Shown one piece after another: positions 34,780-45,956 of a stretch of 48,206 nt of DNA (position 1 is its first letter; each line of letters begins with the position of its first letter). The stretch lies in NCBI GenBank assembly GCA_015063495.1, contig SVUB01000002.1:1-48206 (forward strand), in the 5' to 3' direction. The position numbers were made by a program, and so were the translations under genes. This DNA comes from Oscillospiraceae bacterium (GTDB taxonomy: Bacteria; Bacillota; Clostridia; Oscillospirales; CAG-272). Under the pieces are notes generated by a model. The model was not told the origin of the DNA. It saw nothing but the letters and a program-made list of their open reading frames with translations, and did no database searches.

Positions 34780-35589
34780 ATGAAAAAATACAATAAATTT
34801 CTTGACGTTATCATTTTTATCTGCTCCGCTTTCATGTTCATAAACTATTTTTCATATCTCATAAAGCTATTTATCTGGAGCGAGGGCACCTTGCCTTATA
34901 TCGTGGCGGTGTTAGTTACACTTCTATTGCCACTATTTATATTCCTACATAAGAAGGGCGTTTTTGCAAAAATATTTGGCAAAGCTTATCCGTTTCTTCG
35001 GAGTATTTACGCCTTTGGACTTGCCTTTTATACGGTCAGCTTTATACTTCTGTGCGGATATATCCTTGCAGCCGAGCATAATGCCGTAGACACGGCCACA
35101 CTGCCCGAAAACACGTATGTAGTGACGCTTGGGGCAAAGGTGGAAGCATCGGGAGAGCCCGGGAAGATACTGAGGAGAAGACTTAATACCACCTTTGATA
35201 TTCTTTCGTCGAGAGAAGACCTTAAATGTATAGTGTCGGGCGGGCAGGGTAGCGACGAGCCTATAAGCGAGGCACAGTGCATGAGAGATTATCTTGTGAG
35301 AAAGGGTATATCACCCGATAGGATAATTATCGAGGATAAAGCGACAAACACCATAGAAAACATAGAAAACACCCTTGCATTACTTGAGGATAAAGGTGGG
35401 TACGGAGGCTTTGCCGTGGTGACAACGAATTTCCATCTTCCAAGAGCAGAATATCTCTGTAACCGGCTCGGTGTGGATATGGATAAGGCGTATTTTTACA
35501 GCGCTCCGAATACGGGAATGTACACCCTCTACACTATTCTTGTAAGAGAATATATGTCTTACTGTAAGCTGTTTGTCTTCGGCACCTAA
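34780..35589 (+). CDS. YdcF/DUF218-family membrane-anchored protein
   Basis: ATG at 34780 behind GGAGGG. TM segments are followed by VVTLGAKV..GEPGKILRRRL..SGGQGSDEPISEAQCMRDYL..ATNTIENI..VVTTNFHLPRA. Confidence 0.8.
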   Translation: MKKYNKFLDVIIFICSAFMFINYFSYLIKLFIWSEGTLPYIVAVLVTLLLPLFIFLHKKGVFAKIFGKAYPFLRSIYAFGLAFYTVSFILLCGYILAAEHNAVDTATLPENTYVVTLGAKVEASGEPGKILRRRLNTTFDILSSREDLKCIVSGGQGSDEPISEAQCMRDYLVRKGISPDRIIIEDKATNTIENIENTLALLEDKGGYGGFAVVTTNFHLPRAEYLCNRLGVDMDKAYFYSAPNTGMYTLYTILVREYMSYCKLFVFGT

Positions 35590-35624
35590 AAAAGAGCTTC
35601 CGAGATCTCGGAAGCTCTTTTTTA
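35588..35624. terminator. Bidirectional rho-independent terminator
   Basis: AAAGAGCTTCCGAGA pairs with TCTCGGAAGCTCTTT, a near-perfect palindrome with A and T runs. Confidence 0.8.
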
Positions 35625-36491
35625 TGAATAGAACGTGTGATTGCCGAGGGTCATAACGTAGGTGCGGTTGTTTGTTACCCACATGTTAGTTGATATAGCC
35701 TCATTCAAAAAGTAGAGTATATCGTCCGAGAGTGTATATCCCTCAAGGCATATCTTTGCGGCGATGATGCTGCTTTCTGACGGTTCGTGATAGATAGTTC
35801 CGCTTGCCGCAGGTGTAAACTGAACACCGAATTTCGTGTCAAAAATGACGTCGTACACGGTGGAAGGGAACTGCTCGCTTCTCGTTCTGTTGAGAACGAC
35901 GTTGCCTACCGCTATCTGTCCCATAAGGCTCTCACCTCTGCTCTCGGCGGAGATTATTCTTGAGAGCCAATAAAGGACCTCGGAGTCGTATACGTCGGAG
36001 GCATCCTCTGCACGCTTTCCCGAGGAGATGAGGTTAACGTAACCGAAGGAGCCGCCCTCCGCACGCCATTCTACGTCAAGTCCGTATGCTCTTGCCAGAG
36101 CCCTTATGGGAACGTAGAGCGTACCGTCTTTAATAAATACCGCATTTGAGCAGAAAAAGATTCGGTCGTTTACGGTTATATACTGATTTCCGGGGGCGGC
36201 GTTTATCACAAGGCCTGCGGCACGCACACTTGCGGAATTTGAGGCATTGTCCCAGCTTACCTCGCATCCGCCCATAAGAGTGCAGAAGCGTCGAAGCGGG
36301 ACGAAGGTCACCCCGTCTGCAAGCAGCGCTCCCTCTTCTTCATTAAGTATCTCCTCTCCGTCAAGCATTACCGAAACAGGGGTTATCAGCTGACTGTTCG
36401 ATGCGCTCGCCGAAAACGTAGAAACGAGGGCAAGCGATGCGGCTATAAGTAGCGCACATAACAGTTTTTCGGTGCCTTTGAGTTTTCTCAT
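35622..36491 (-). CDS. Cell wall hydrolase, SleB/CwlJ family, with an N-terminal copper-amine-oxidase-like stalk domain
   Basis: Signal peptide and two Cu_amine_oxidN1-like strands (GVTFVPLRRF, TLYVPIRALARAYG). Hydrolase_2 core: IISAESRGESLMGQIAVGNVVLNRTRSEQFPSTVYDVIF..QFTP. Confidence 0.8.
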   Translation of the reverse strand: MRKLKGTEKLLCALLIAASLALVSTFSASASNSQLITPVSVMLDGEEILNEEEGALLADGVTFVPLRRFCTLMGGCEVSWDNASNSASVRAAGLVINAAPGNQYITVNDRIFFCSNAVFIKDGTLYVPIRALARAYGLDVEWRAEGGSFGYVNLISSGKRAEDASDVYDSEVLYWLSRIISAESRGESLMGQIAVGNVVLNRTRSEQFPSTVYDVIFDTKFGVQFTPAASGTIYHEPSESSIIAAKICLEGYTLSDDILYFLNEAISTNMWVTNNRTYVMTLGNHTFYS

Positions 36492-36570
36492 TGGTTTTTC
36501 ATCCTTTCGCTGTTAGTATTCGCAATTACCATAGGTGCCATTCACTTACACAAATGATATTGCTATGTAT

Positions 36571-36599
36571 ATTTTACTATAGTTTTCCCGCCTTTTCAA
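36571..36599 (-). promoter_or_regulatory. Sigma-A-like promoter upstream of the SleB-like gene
   Basis: Minus strand reads TTGAAA-17 nt-TAAAAT. A sporulation sigma promoter cannot be excluded. Confidence 0.35.
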
Positions 36600-36669
36600 C
36601 GCACAAATAATGGAAGTGGGCGCCTTATGGTATTATATGGTAAATGCAACAACCTTTTATTCACTAAAT

Positions 36670-36706
36670 GAAAAACTCCGTTTCAGAGTGTGAAACGGAG
36701 TTTTTG
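36670..36706. terminator. Rho-independent terminator after the MgtC gene
   Basis: AAAAACTCCGTTTCA, loop GAGTG, TGAAACGGAGTTTTT. Confidence 0.85.
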
Positions 36707-36708
36707 TT

Positions 36709-37431
36709 TCAGTTCATTTCTTCAATGTAGTAAACGTAGTCAAGAGTGCCGAGAGCTTCTATTATTTCTTTGTGAGTCTTATATTTTTTGAGCTCGTTAC
36801 TGTTTATCGTTACAGACACGGAGTAAACCGCAAGACCGGAGCTGAGATAAGCGGGATTTGCCTCGATATCGTCTATGCGAAGTCCGAGCCTTCTTATCGT
36901 TGTCGCAAAGTCCTGAAGATAAGTCTTGCTGACAAGCTCAAGATGCACTTCGAAGTGATTTGAACGGTTCTTGAGGTATCTTTCAAATGTGGGAAACAGG
37001 GAGAGGCAAAGCAGAAGGGCTATAAATCCGACTAACGAGACTGTGTAAAAGCCTGCACCGATAGACATACCGAGTATTCCCGATGCCCAAAGGCCTGCGG
37101 AGGTCGTCAAACCCTTTATTTGGTTTTTGGAGCTGAAAAGTATTGAGTTTGAGCTGATTATAGCGACGGCAATTACCGTTGCGGCGGATATCATCGAGAT
37201 GGCAAGACCGTACGTTTCTGTGAGGTAGATATCTATCATTGTAGCCGTAGTTGCGGCAAGGAAAACGACGATAAAGGTGCGCAGACCTGCAGAATGACGC
37301 TTGCTTGATCTCTCGCAGCCGATTATAGCGGCAAATATCATTGACACAACAAGTCGTAAGAATATAGAAGCGACTCCAAGCTCGGCAGACCATTCCCCGA
37401 GAATCTTAGCAATAGGATCTATAATATTCAT
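36709..37431 (-). CDS. MgtC/SapB-family membrane protein
   Basis: LRLVVSMIFAAIIGCERSSKRHSAGLRTF is the MgtC signature. It has a soluble ACT-like C-terminal domain. Confidence 0.82.
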   Translation of the reverse strand: MNIIDPIAKILGEWSAELGVASIFLRLVVSMIFAAIIGCERSSKRHSAGLRTFIVVFLAATTATMIDIYLTETYGLAISMISAATVIAVAIISSNSILFSSKNQIKGLTTSAGLWASGILGMSIGAGFYTVSLVGFIALLLCLSLFPTFERYLKNRSNHFEVHLELVSKTYLQDFATTIRRLGLRIDDIEANPAYLSSGLAVYSVSVTINSNELKKYKTHKEIIEALGTLDYVYYIEEMN

Positions 37432-37452
37432 TATAAAATACCTCCTTTAACA

Positions 37453-38910
37453 TCAGAATCTTCGGGCAGTATCACGGCGAGGGCGGTTGTATACAGAATT
37501 AAAATGCTCCTCTGCCGCTTCGGTAAATGCTATTTCTTCCTCGGACTGATAGCTGTCGGCGTGAGGAGGAAGCTCTGTCTGAATCTTCTGTATTCTTTCT
37601 ATAAGTATTTCGACGTCACTCTTCTTTGTTCCCGTCTCCGTAGTCGTTTCAACGGGTGCTATGTCTTCTATCTTATTAGAGTAAGAGCCCGAGAGGTATA
37701 GAGAAAGCTTTGCGCATCCCGGACCAACCAGCTCGTAGAGTACGCTCGATGCGAGAATTATTGTCTGGAGAAGTGAGCCCGTCTCTCCACCCAGCGTTCT
37801 TGCACACATTGCAGCAAGACCGATAGCAACACCTGCCTGGGGGATCAGCGCAAGGCCGAGATAGTTTCGCACGTTCTTTGATTTCCTTGCCGTAAGTGAG
37901 CCAAGGAATGCTCCTGCGTATTTTCCTATAATGCGTATGAAGAAATATACCAGGCCCACGACCCAAAGCGGAGCAATACCAACAGATGCGGAGTTCCCGA
38001 AAAGTGCACCAAGGTCAAAGCTCATTCCCGAGCGTACGAAGAAGAGAAGCAGAAGCGGAGGACTGAAATAGCTGAGCTGTAAAAACAGCTTATTGTCATC
38101 CGAAAGATTGATATATACAGCTCCTATCATCATACATCCAAGCAGAGGAGATACGTCCATTATTGCGCATATGCCGCAGAAAAGGAAAAGTATTCCCACC
38201 GAGATTATGAGGCGGTTGTCATTTGAGCGCTTTGAAAGCAGGAGCTTCATTGTCAGACCGAAAAGTGCGCCTACTGCAAGGGCGATAATGTTCTTCACTA
38301 TCGGCATAAGGATAACACCTGCACTAAATCCGCCTCCCGTAGCGCTGACGGCAAGGGTAACGGAAATTGCTATGCTGTATGCAATGAGGCTCACTACGTT
38401 ATCAAGCGCTATGACCTGCAAAAGAGATTCAACGAAATCTCCCTTTGACCCCGTTTGACGGATAGTCATAATTGTAGAGGCGGGCGCTGTTGCCGAGGCA
38501 AGAGCCGCAAGGATGAGAGATAGTGTAAAGCTCATCTTCAGTGCAAAGTAGAGAACTGAAAAAATCAGAGCTGAAGCAAGACAAGCTTCAAAAAGAGTTA
38601 TGATTATTACCTTAGCACCGTTTTTGCGGAGTTTTTTCAGCTTAAAAAATTCTCCTACTCCAAAAGAGATGAAGGCAAGAGCAATATCCGAGAGAAAATC
38701 TGTTCCGGAGATTATTTTACCCGGAATAAGGTCAAGGCAGAAGGGACCGACTATTATTCCCGCAACTATGTATGCCGTAACATTTGGCAGTCGGAGCCTT
38801 TTTGTTATTCTTGTCGCGGCGAAGCCGAAAAATATCATCAGAGCAACCGATATGATTATAACGGCACCCGGAGCGCTTTCGCCGATTTTACCGTACAGTG
38901 AATCGAGCAT
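37453..38910 (-). CDS. Cation:proton antiporter (CPA family, Na+/H+ exchanger fold)
   Basis: About 12 TM segments with a LPNVTAYIVAGIIVGP start, and an acidic soluble tail. Confidence 0.8.
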   Translation of the reverse strand: MLDSLYGKIGESAPGAVIIISVALMIFFGFAATRITKRLRLPNVTAYIVAGIIVGPFCLDLIPGKIISGTDFLSDIALAFISFGVGEFFKLKKLRKNGAKVIIITLFEACLASALIFSVLYFALKMSFTLSLILAALASATAPASTIMTIRQTGSKGDFVESLLQVIALDNVVSLIAYSIAISVTLAVSATGGGFSAGVILMPIVKNIIALAVGALFGLTMKLLLSKRSNDNRLIISVGILFLFCGICAIMDVSPLLGCMMIGAVYINLSDDNKLFLQLSYFSPPLLLLFFVRSGMSFDLGALFGNSASVGIAPLWVVGLVYFFIRIIGKYAGAFLGSLTARKSKNVRNYLGLALIPQAGVAIGLAAMCARTLGGETGSLLQTIILASSVLYELVGPGCAKLSLYLSGSYSNKIEDIAPVETTTETGTKKSDVEILIERIQKIQTELPPHADSYQSEEEIAFTEAAEEHFNSVYNRPRRDTARRF

Positions 38911-38965
38911 CTTTGTCCTCCTCCTAAAAATATAAAGAGCCGTGAAAATTTTTTGTCCTAGGCTC

Positions 38966-39013
38966 TTGATTTTTCTTTTGTAATATGATATACTGTTTTT
39001 GTCATAAAGTCAA
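38966..39013. promoter_or_regulatory. Overlapping divergent sigma-A promoters (LysR gene on plus, antiporter-mgtC on minus)
   Basis: Plus strand: TTGATT (38966)-17 nt-TATACT (38989-38994). Minus strand: TTGACT (39008-39013)-17 nt-TATCAT (38985-38990). Confidence 0.4.
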
Positions 39014-39065
39014 ATTATATTTTTCGGGGGTTGTATAAATAATTTTTATGCACAGGAGGCAGGAT

Positions 39066-39962
39066 ATGATAGATATCAAGATAAAAACACTGCTTGCAGT
39101 AGTGGAGCAGGGTAGCTTTACAAAGGCTGCAAAGCAACTGTCGCTTACCCAACCCGCAATAAGCCACCATATAAATGCCCTCGAGGAGGAGCTTGAAAGA
39201 AAGATATTTATCAGGGGCAAAAGCGACTTGAAACTTACTCCTGACGGTGAAATTATAGTAAAATACGCTAAGCGTATGAACTCAATAAATGATAAGCTTA
39301 TATCTGTTCTCTCAAATCCGGGACACGCTCTGTCAAACGTGCGCATAGGCATAACTCACACCTCCGAGAGTAATCTTATAACAGAGGTTCTCGCAAAATA
39401 CAGTCGTAAATCGTACGGCGCAAGCATAACGATTATTACTGATACTATAAGTAATCTTTATAATATGCTTGAGAATTATGAGCTTGATCTTGCAATTGTT
39501 GACGGTAAGCCATCTGGAAAGGGACTTCGCTCCCTTATGCTTGACACCGACTACCTTGTTTGCGTTCTTGCAAACGAAAATCCGCTTGCAAAAAAGGAAA
39601 TGGTTACTCTTAAAGAACTGAAGAAGGAAAAAATGATACTTCGTCTTCCTTCTTCAGCAACGAGAATGCAGTTTGAGGCTCAGCTTGAGCGAATAGACGA
39701 GAATATTTCGGATTTTGACGTTATTATAGAGGTAGACAATATCGCTACCATAAAAGACCTTATAAGAAAGAACCTCGGAGTATCGATACTTGCAAAAAGC
39801 GCTTGTATGGATGAGGTGTCAAAGAACAAGATAACGGTCCTGCCGATAGAAAACCTCAGTATGATAAGAGAAACGAACATAGTTTATCATAAGGATTTTG
39901 ACAATAACGATATTCTTGAGAAAATAATGAAGATATACCGTGACACAAAGCGTACAGAATAA
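39066..39962 (+). CDS. LysR-family transcriptional regulator
   Basis: HTH LLAVVEQGSFTKAAKQLSLTQPAISHHINALEEEL. The ATG at 39066 behind AGGAGG is preferred over the track start at 39048. Confidence 0.88.
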   Translation: MIDIKIKTLLAVVEQGSFTKAAKQLSLTQPAISHHINALEEELERKIFIRGKSDLKLTPDGEIIVKYAKRMNSINDKLISVLSNPGHALSNVRIGITHTSESNLITEVLAKYSRKSYGASITIITDTISNLYNMLENYELDLAIVDGKPSGKGLRSLMLDTDYLVCVLANENPLAKKEMVTLKELKKEKMILRLPSSATRMQFEAQLERIDENISDFDVIIEVDNIATIKDLIRKNLGVSILAKSACMDEVSKNKITVLPIENLSMIRETNIVYHKDFDNNDILEKIMKIYRDTKRTE

Positions 39963-39963
39963 T

Positions 39964-39995
39964 AAAAAGGCTTCGCATAATGCGAAGCCTTTTTA
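39964..39995. terminator. Bidirectional rho-independent terminator
   Basis: GGCTTCGCA, loop TAA, TGCGAAGCC, with A5 and T5 flanks. Confidence 0.8.
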
Positions 39996-40012
39996 TTATA
40001 TATGGGATTTTA

Positions 40013-41653
<1,641 letters not shown>

Positions 41654-41666
41654 TTACCTCCGAAAT

Positions 41667-41999
<333 letters not shown>

Positions 42000-42008
42000 T
42001 TACTGTTT

Positions 42009-42035
42009 TTAGCACTCGAAGCATCCGACTGCTAA
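42009..42035. promoter_or_regulatory. CIRCE element (HrcA operator)
   Basis: TTAGCACTC-N9-GACTGCTAA, one mismatch to the consensus TTAGCACTC-N9-GAGTGCTAA. It lies just downstream of the putative groES -10. Confidence 0.85.
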
Positions 42036-42046
42036 CTCCAAGAAAT

Positions 42047-42074
42047 ATTTTACACCATTATCGGAAAAAATCAA
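42047..42074 (-). promoter_or_regulatory. Sigma-A-type groESL promoter
   Basis: Minus strand reads TTGATT-16 nt-TAAAAT, positioned immediately upstream of CIRCE. Confidence 0.45.
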
Positions 42075-42214
42075 GTGTTTTTTCCAGAATTAACATATAA
42101 TTCACACTTTATTTTCATTAAAAGTGAGTAGAGTGTCGAATAGTGATGAGAAGACCTCTCCGTCATATGAAGAAGACGCGTTTCGTATACTTTAATAAGT
42201 GATCGGAGGTGGCT

Positions 42215-43534
42215 ATGGAGGATTTTTTCGGCAGATATGTACTTGGTGGACTCGTTCCTTTTCTTCTTATAGGTATGGGGATATTTTTTCTTATATACCT
42301 TGGTTTCTTTTTCATAATAAAACCAAAAAAGACCTTTTCTTCACTTGTGAGGAAAAGGCAAGGAGGCGACGTATCCCAATTTGGTGCGCTTACTGTTGCT
42401 CTTGCGGGAACGCTTGGAGTTGGTAATATCGTAGGGGTATCGAGTGCAATAATTCTCGGCGGTGCGGGCTCGGTTTTTTGGATGTGGGTGAGTGCTCTTG
42501 CCGCAATGGTACTTAAATACGGTGAGATAGTTCTTGCGCACAGGCACAGAAAAATCGGAGAGACGGGACTGCGTGGCGGCGCTATGTATTACATTGAAGA
42601 TTTTTTCGGCGGGAGGTTCGGAAAAGCGCTCGGCGGGATCTTTGCGCTCCTTTGTCTTATAAATTCTCTTTCGATGGGCAGTATGCTTCAGGCGAATACC
42701 GTCGGAAGCGCCGCGGAGGAGATTTTTCACGTTTCACCCGTTATAGTAGGTGCTGTGCTTGCACTCATCTGTGCTGTCGTGATATTCCGCAATATACATA
42801 ATATTTCGCCTTTGACGAGTGTGATAATTCCCGTGATGACGCTTACCTACGTTATTATGTCATCGGTAGTGATATGGAGATTTCGCAGCGGTGTTGGTGA
42901 CGTTTTTTCAATTATTTTCAGAGATGCTTTTTCATACAGAAGCGCATCGGGCGGAATTTTTGGGTTTATGCTTTCTTCGGGTATCCGATACGGATGTATG
43001 AGAGGTCTGCTATCTAATGAAGCAGGGTGCGGAACGGCTCCCATAGCGCACGCCGCATCAGGCGCATCTCTTGCCGCAGAGCAGGGGGTATGGGGCATAA
43101 TAGAGGTATTTATAGATACAATTCTCCTCTGCACGCTTACGGCCCTCTCAATATTACTTACAAACGGATTGCAATCAGGTGATTTTTCCGTAGGAGATGA
43201 AATGAAGCTTGTTATATCTTCCTATGGTGAGGCGCTCGGCCCATCCTCTGCTCCTCTTTTGCTGTCTATGGTGTTTTTCTTCGCATTTGCCACTATCATA
43301 TGCTGGGCATATTACGGCACGAGTACGCTCGAATATCTGTCATACAGCCGCTCTGCGTGCTTTGTATTCAAAGTCATTTACGTAGCGTCTGTGTTTATCG
43401 GAAGCTGCAGGATAAGCGGAGTAGTATGGCAGGTGTCGGATTTCGCTCTCGGATGTATGACTGTCATAAATCTTATAATGCTGTTTTTGATGAGAAAGGA
43501 AATAAAAGAGGAAACGGGATATCTTATGCGGTAA
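42215..43534 (+). CDS. Alanine/glycine:cation symporter (AGCS family)
   Basis: GALTVALAGTLGVGNIVGVSSAIILGGAGSVFWMW is the AGCS signature. The ATG at 42215 lies 5 nt after GGAGG; the track GTG at 42209 overlaps the RBS. Confidence 0.85.
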   Translation: MEDFFGRYVLGGLVPFLLIGMGIFFLIYLGFFFIIKPKKTFSSLVRKRQGGDVSQFGALTVALAGTLGVGNIVGVSSAIILGGAGSVFWMWVSALAAMVLKYGEIVLAHRHRKIGETGLRGGAMYYIEDFFGGRFGKALGGIFALLCLINSLSMGSMLQANTVGSAAEEIFHVSPVIVGAVLALICAVVIFRNIHNISPLTSVIIPVMTLTYVIMSSVVIWRFRSGVGDVFSIIFRDAFSYRSASGGIFGFMLSSGIRYGCMRGLLSNEAGCGTAPIAHAASGASLAAEQGVWGIIEVFIDTILLCTLTALSILLTNGLQSGDFSVGDEMKLVISSYGEALGPSSAPLLLSMVFFFAFATIICWAYYGTSTLEYLSYSRSACFVFKVIYVASVFIGSCRISGVVWQVSDFALGCMTVINLIMLFLMRKEIKEETGYLMR

Positions 43535-43539
43535 AATAA

Positions 43540-43576
43540 GAAGGGCATCAGTTTTTTGCTGATGCCCTTGGATTTT
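43540..43576. terminator. Bidirectional rho-independent terminator
   Basis: AAGGGCATCAG, loop, CTGATGCCCTT. Confidence 0.75.
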
Positions 43577-44840
43577 ATTCTTCGATTTTTCTTATGTCTG
43601 CACCGAGAGCGGTAAGCTTTCCGACAATATCGTCGTAGCCTCTCTCAATAGACATTATGTTGGTGATCTCAGTCGTTCCCTTAGCCGCAAGTCCTGCAAT
43701 TATCATCGCAGCTCCTCCTCTTAGGTCGACCGCCTTTACCTCGGCGCCCCTAAGCGTTGGAACGCCGTTTACTCTTGCCGATACGCCCTCGACCTCTATC
43801 TCCGCACCCATTTTGCGAAGCTCTTCAACGTATCTGAAGCGGTTTTCCCAAACACCTTCGGTCACGGTACTCATTCCTTCTGCAGTACAAAGAACAGCTG
43901 TCAGCTGCGGATGCATATCCGTGGGGAACCCGGGATAGGGAAGTGTTTTTATTTGTATCTTCTTAAGAGGCTTTACCTTTTCAATAGTAATCGAATCGTC
44001 AAATTCTTCGATTTTCATACCCATTTCCTCAAGCTTTGCGGAGACGCTTTCCATATGCTTGGGAATGATATTCTTTATATTCACCTTACCGCCGGTAGCG
44101 GCTACGGCAGCCATAAAGGTTCCGGCCTCTATCATATCGGGAATTATCGTGTAATTGCAGCCGTGGAGCTTCTCGACGCCCTGTATCTTTATAACGCTCG
44201 TTCCTGCACCTGTTATCTTTGCTCCGCAGGTATTAAAGAAGTTGGCAAGGTCAACGATGTGAGGCTCTCTTGCGGCATTGTCGATGACGGTTTTTCCCTT
44301 TGCGAGGACTGCGGCTATCATGACGTTGATAGTAGCACCAACGGAAACGACGTCAAAATAAACGGAATTTCCGTGCAGACCGTTTGGCGCATCTGCGTAT
44401 ATGTATCCGTTTTCGGTGTCCATTGTTACCTTTGCGCCGAGTGCCTCAAAGCCTTTTATGTGCTGGTCGATAGGTCTTACGCCAAAGTCGCATCCTCCGG
44501 GCCAACCCACCTTTGCACGGCCGAATCTTGCAAGCTCCGCACCGATGAGATACGTAGAACCTCTCATCTTGCTGACAAGGTCATAGGGGGATATACCGCC
44601 CTTTACGTCCTTTGAATCTATCTCAACAGAGTTATTTCCCTTGTAATTTACCTCGGCACCCATAGCGGCGAGGATATCAAGCGACTTTCTTACGTCACTT
44701 ATAGAGGGCAGATTTTCAATTACGCATTTCTCACCTGTGAGAATGCTGGCAACGACTATTGGGAGAGCGGCATTTTTCATTCCGCTTATCTCAACGTCGC
44801 CGAAAAGCGCTTTTCCGCCGCTTACTATGTATCTTTCCAT
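43575..44840 (-). CDS. murA: UDP-N-acetylglucosamine 1-carboxyvinyltransferase
   Basis: 421 aa. ISGMKNAALPI, and an active-site loop region GGCDFGVRPIDQH with the catalytic Cys. Confidence 0.95.
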   Translation of the reverse strand: MERYIVSGGKALFGDVEISGMKNAALPIVVASILTGEKCVIENLPSISDVRKSLDILAAMGAEVNYKGNNSVEIDSKDVKGGISPYDLVSKMRGSTYLIGAELARFGRAKVGWPGGCDFGVRPIDQHIKGFEALGAKVTMDTENGYIYADAPNGLHGNSVYFDVVSVGATINVMIAAVLAKGKTVIDNAAREPHIVDLANFFNTCGAKITGAGTSVIKIQGVEKLHGCNYTIIPDMIEAGTFMAAVAATGGKVNIKNIIPKHMESVSAKLEEMGMKIEEFDDSITIEKVKPLKKIQIKTLPYPGFPTDMHPQLTAVLCTAEGMSTVTEGVWENRFRYVEELRKMGAEIEVEGVSARVNGVPTLRGAEVKAVDLRGGAAMIIAGLAAKGTTEITNIMSIERGYDDIVGKLTALGADIRKIEE

Positions 44841-44924
44841 AAGGTCAAACCTCTTCTTTTCAGGGTTATATATAAATAAAGTGAAATTATCAAAATATCC
44901 CGTCTTTTACAGACATCTCTTTAT

Positions 44925-44952
44925 ATTATAGCATAAATTCGCCGAAATTGAA
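44925..44952 (-). promoter_or_regulatory. Sigma-A-type murA promoter
   Basis: Minus strand reads TTCAAT-16 nt-TATAAT with a TGc extension. Confidence 0.4.
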
Positions 44953-45035
44953 AACGAATACTTAAACATTTTTTATATTATTTTTAACACAATGACAAAA
45001 AAATAACAAAAGAAGTGTGCTTTATTAATATTTTG

Positions 45036-45938
45036 TTATTTTATCTTTATCTTACTTCCGTTGAGTGCATTGTAGTAGGTATCGTTTACAGAGCTTCCTT
45101 CCCATTCAAGGTGCCACGATGGGATAAAATAAAGGGCAGAGTCTTCCTCTGAGAAGAAGGAGAGATAGCAAATATTTGCTTTTTTTACAGTCATAGGGGA
45201 GGGTGTAGAGGGATACTCCTCTGTGGTAGTACTCTTTTGAGCATCGAGTTCATTCTTCTCAATAAACAGTATATTGACACAGTCGAGCAAATGTGCCGAT
45301 TTTTTTTCATTTGTCGGCAAAAAGCACCATCTTCCGCTCAAATAAACGAGCCTTCCATCTTCAAAATAACATTCGAGAGAGTGGTTTTCGATCGGAAGTC
45401 CGTCCAAGGTTTGTGTTACTTTTATGAATTTTGTCTTACTGAATTCAAGTGCCTCATCTGTACTAAACTTATATTCGTTTTCTGACGTATTTCCGAGAAT
45501 AGCGGAAAGAAGACCTTTTAATTTGTCAAGCTCCTTTTCATTCATTTTCGAGCCGCTTTCCGTGGGCAAAATGAACTGATCGGAGGAGTAGGAAATATCA
45601 AATCCATTTTGAATTTCAAGCTTACCGTCTTCTCCGTAGAAGCTGGCCCCATTCGGCGTCCAAAAGACGTCGCTGTAAGAAGTAATTATTCTATTTGCAA
45701 CACCTGTGACGTAATCTTCGTTTACGTTGCAGGTATACAGGTCTGCAGGCTCCGGACTGAGAGTAATAAATTTTTTATCTGCAATTATGCCGCTATGAGA
45801 TAGAAGCTCCCTTGCATTTTTTACCGTTTCGTTGTCGTAGGTTTTTAGTGTCACTTGACGAATCAGCATTGCCGCAAGAAAAACGTTCACCGCGACAAGC
45901 AGTATCAGCATGAAGTTTTTGATATTTTTCCAGTTCAC
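45036..45938 (-). CDS. yycI: YycI-like regulatory protein of the WalK kinase
   Basis: The N-terminus MNWKNIKNFMLILLVAVNVFL matches the YycI start pattern (MDWxKxKxIFIxxFxxLNxFL). It has one TM plus an extracellular domain, and is the third gene after the kinase. GTG start behind AAGGAG. Confidence 0.6.
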   Translation of the reverse strand: MNWKNIKNFMLILLVAVNVFLAAMLIRQVTLKTYDNETVKNARELLSHSGIIADKKFITLSPEPADLYTCNVNEDYVTGVANRIITSYSDVFWTPNGASFYGEDGKLEIQNGFDISYSSDQFILPTESGSKMNEKELDKLKGLLSAILGNTSENEYKFSTDEALEFSKTKFIKVTQTLDGLPIENHSLECYFEDGRLVYLSGRWCFLPTNEKKSAHLLDCVNILFIEKNELDAQKSTTTEEYPSTPSPMTVKKANICYLSFFSEEDSALYFIPSWHLEWEGSSVNDTYYNALNGSKIKIK

Positions 45939-45956
45939 GGTGCTATCTCCTTCTCA

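Noticed and set aside
36492-36708. I examined this 217-nt intergenic region for a small RNA or small ORF.
   Set aside because: It is explained by the mgtC terminator (36670-36706), a TTGAAA-17-TAAAAT promoter and the SleB-like gene leader. The short ORFs here (17 and about 26 codons) have no RBS.
42036-42208. I looked for a glycine riboswitch, T-box or other leader upstream of the AGCS symporter.
   Set aside because: No GGAGAG..CACCG glycine-aptamer cores or T-box specifier/antiterminator motifs are present. The region is largely taken up by the divergent groES promoter and CIRCE, and only a weak 6-bp hairpin (CACTTT..AAAGTG) is visible.
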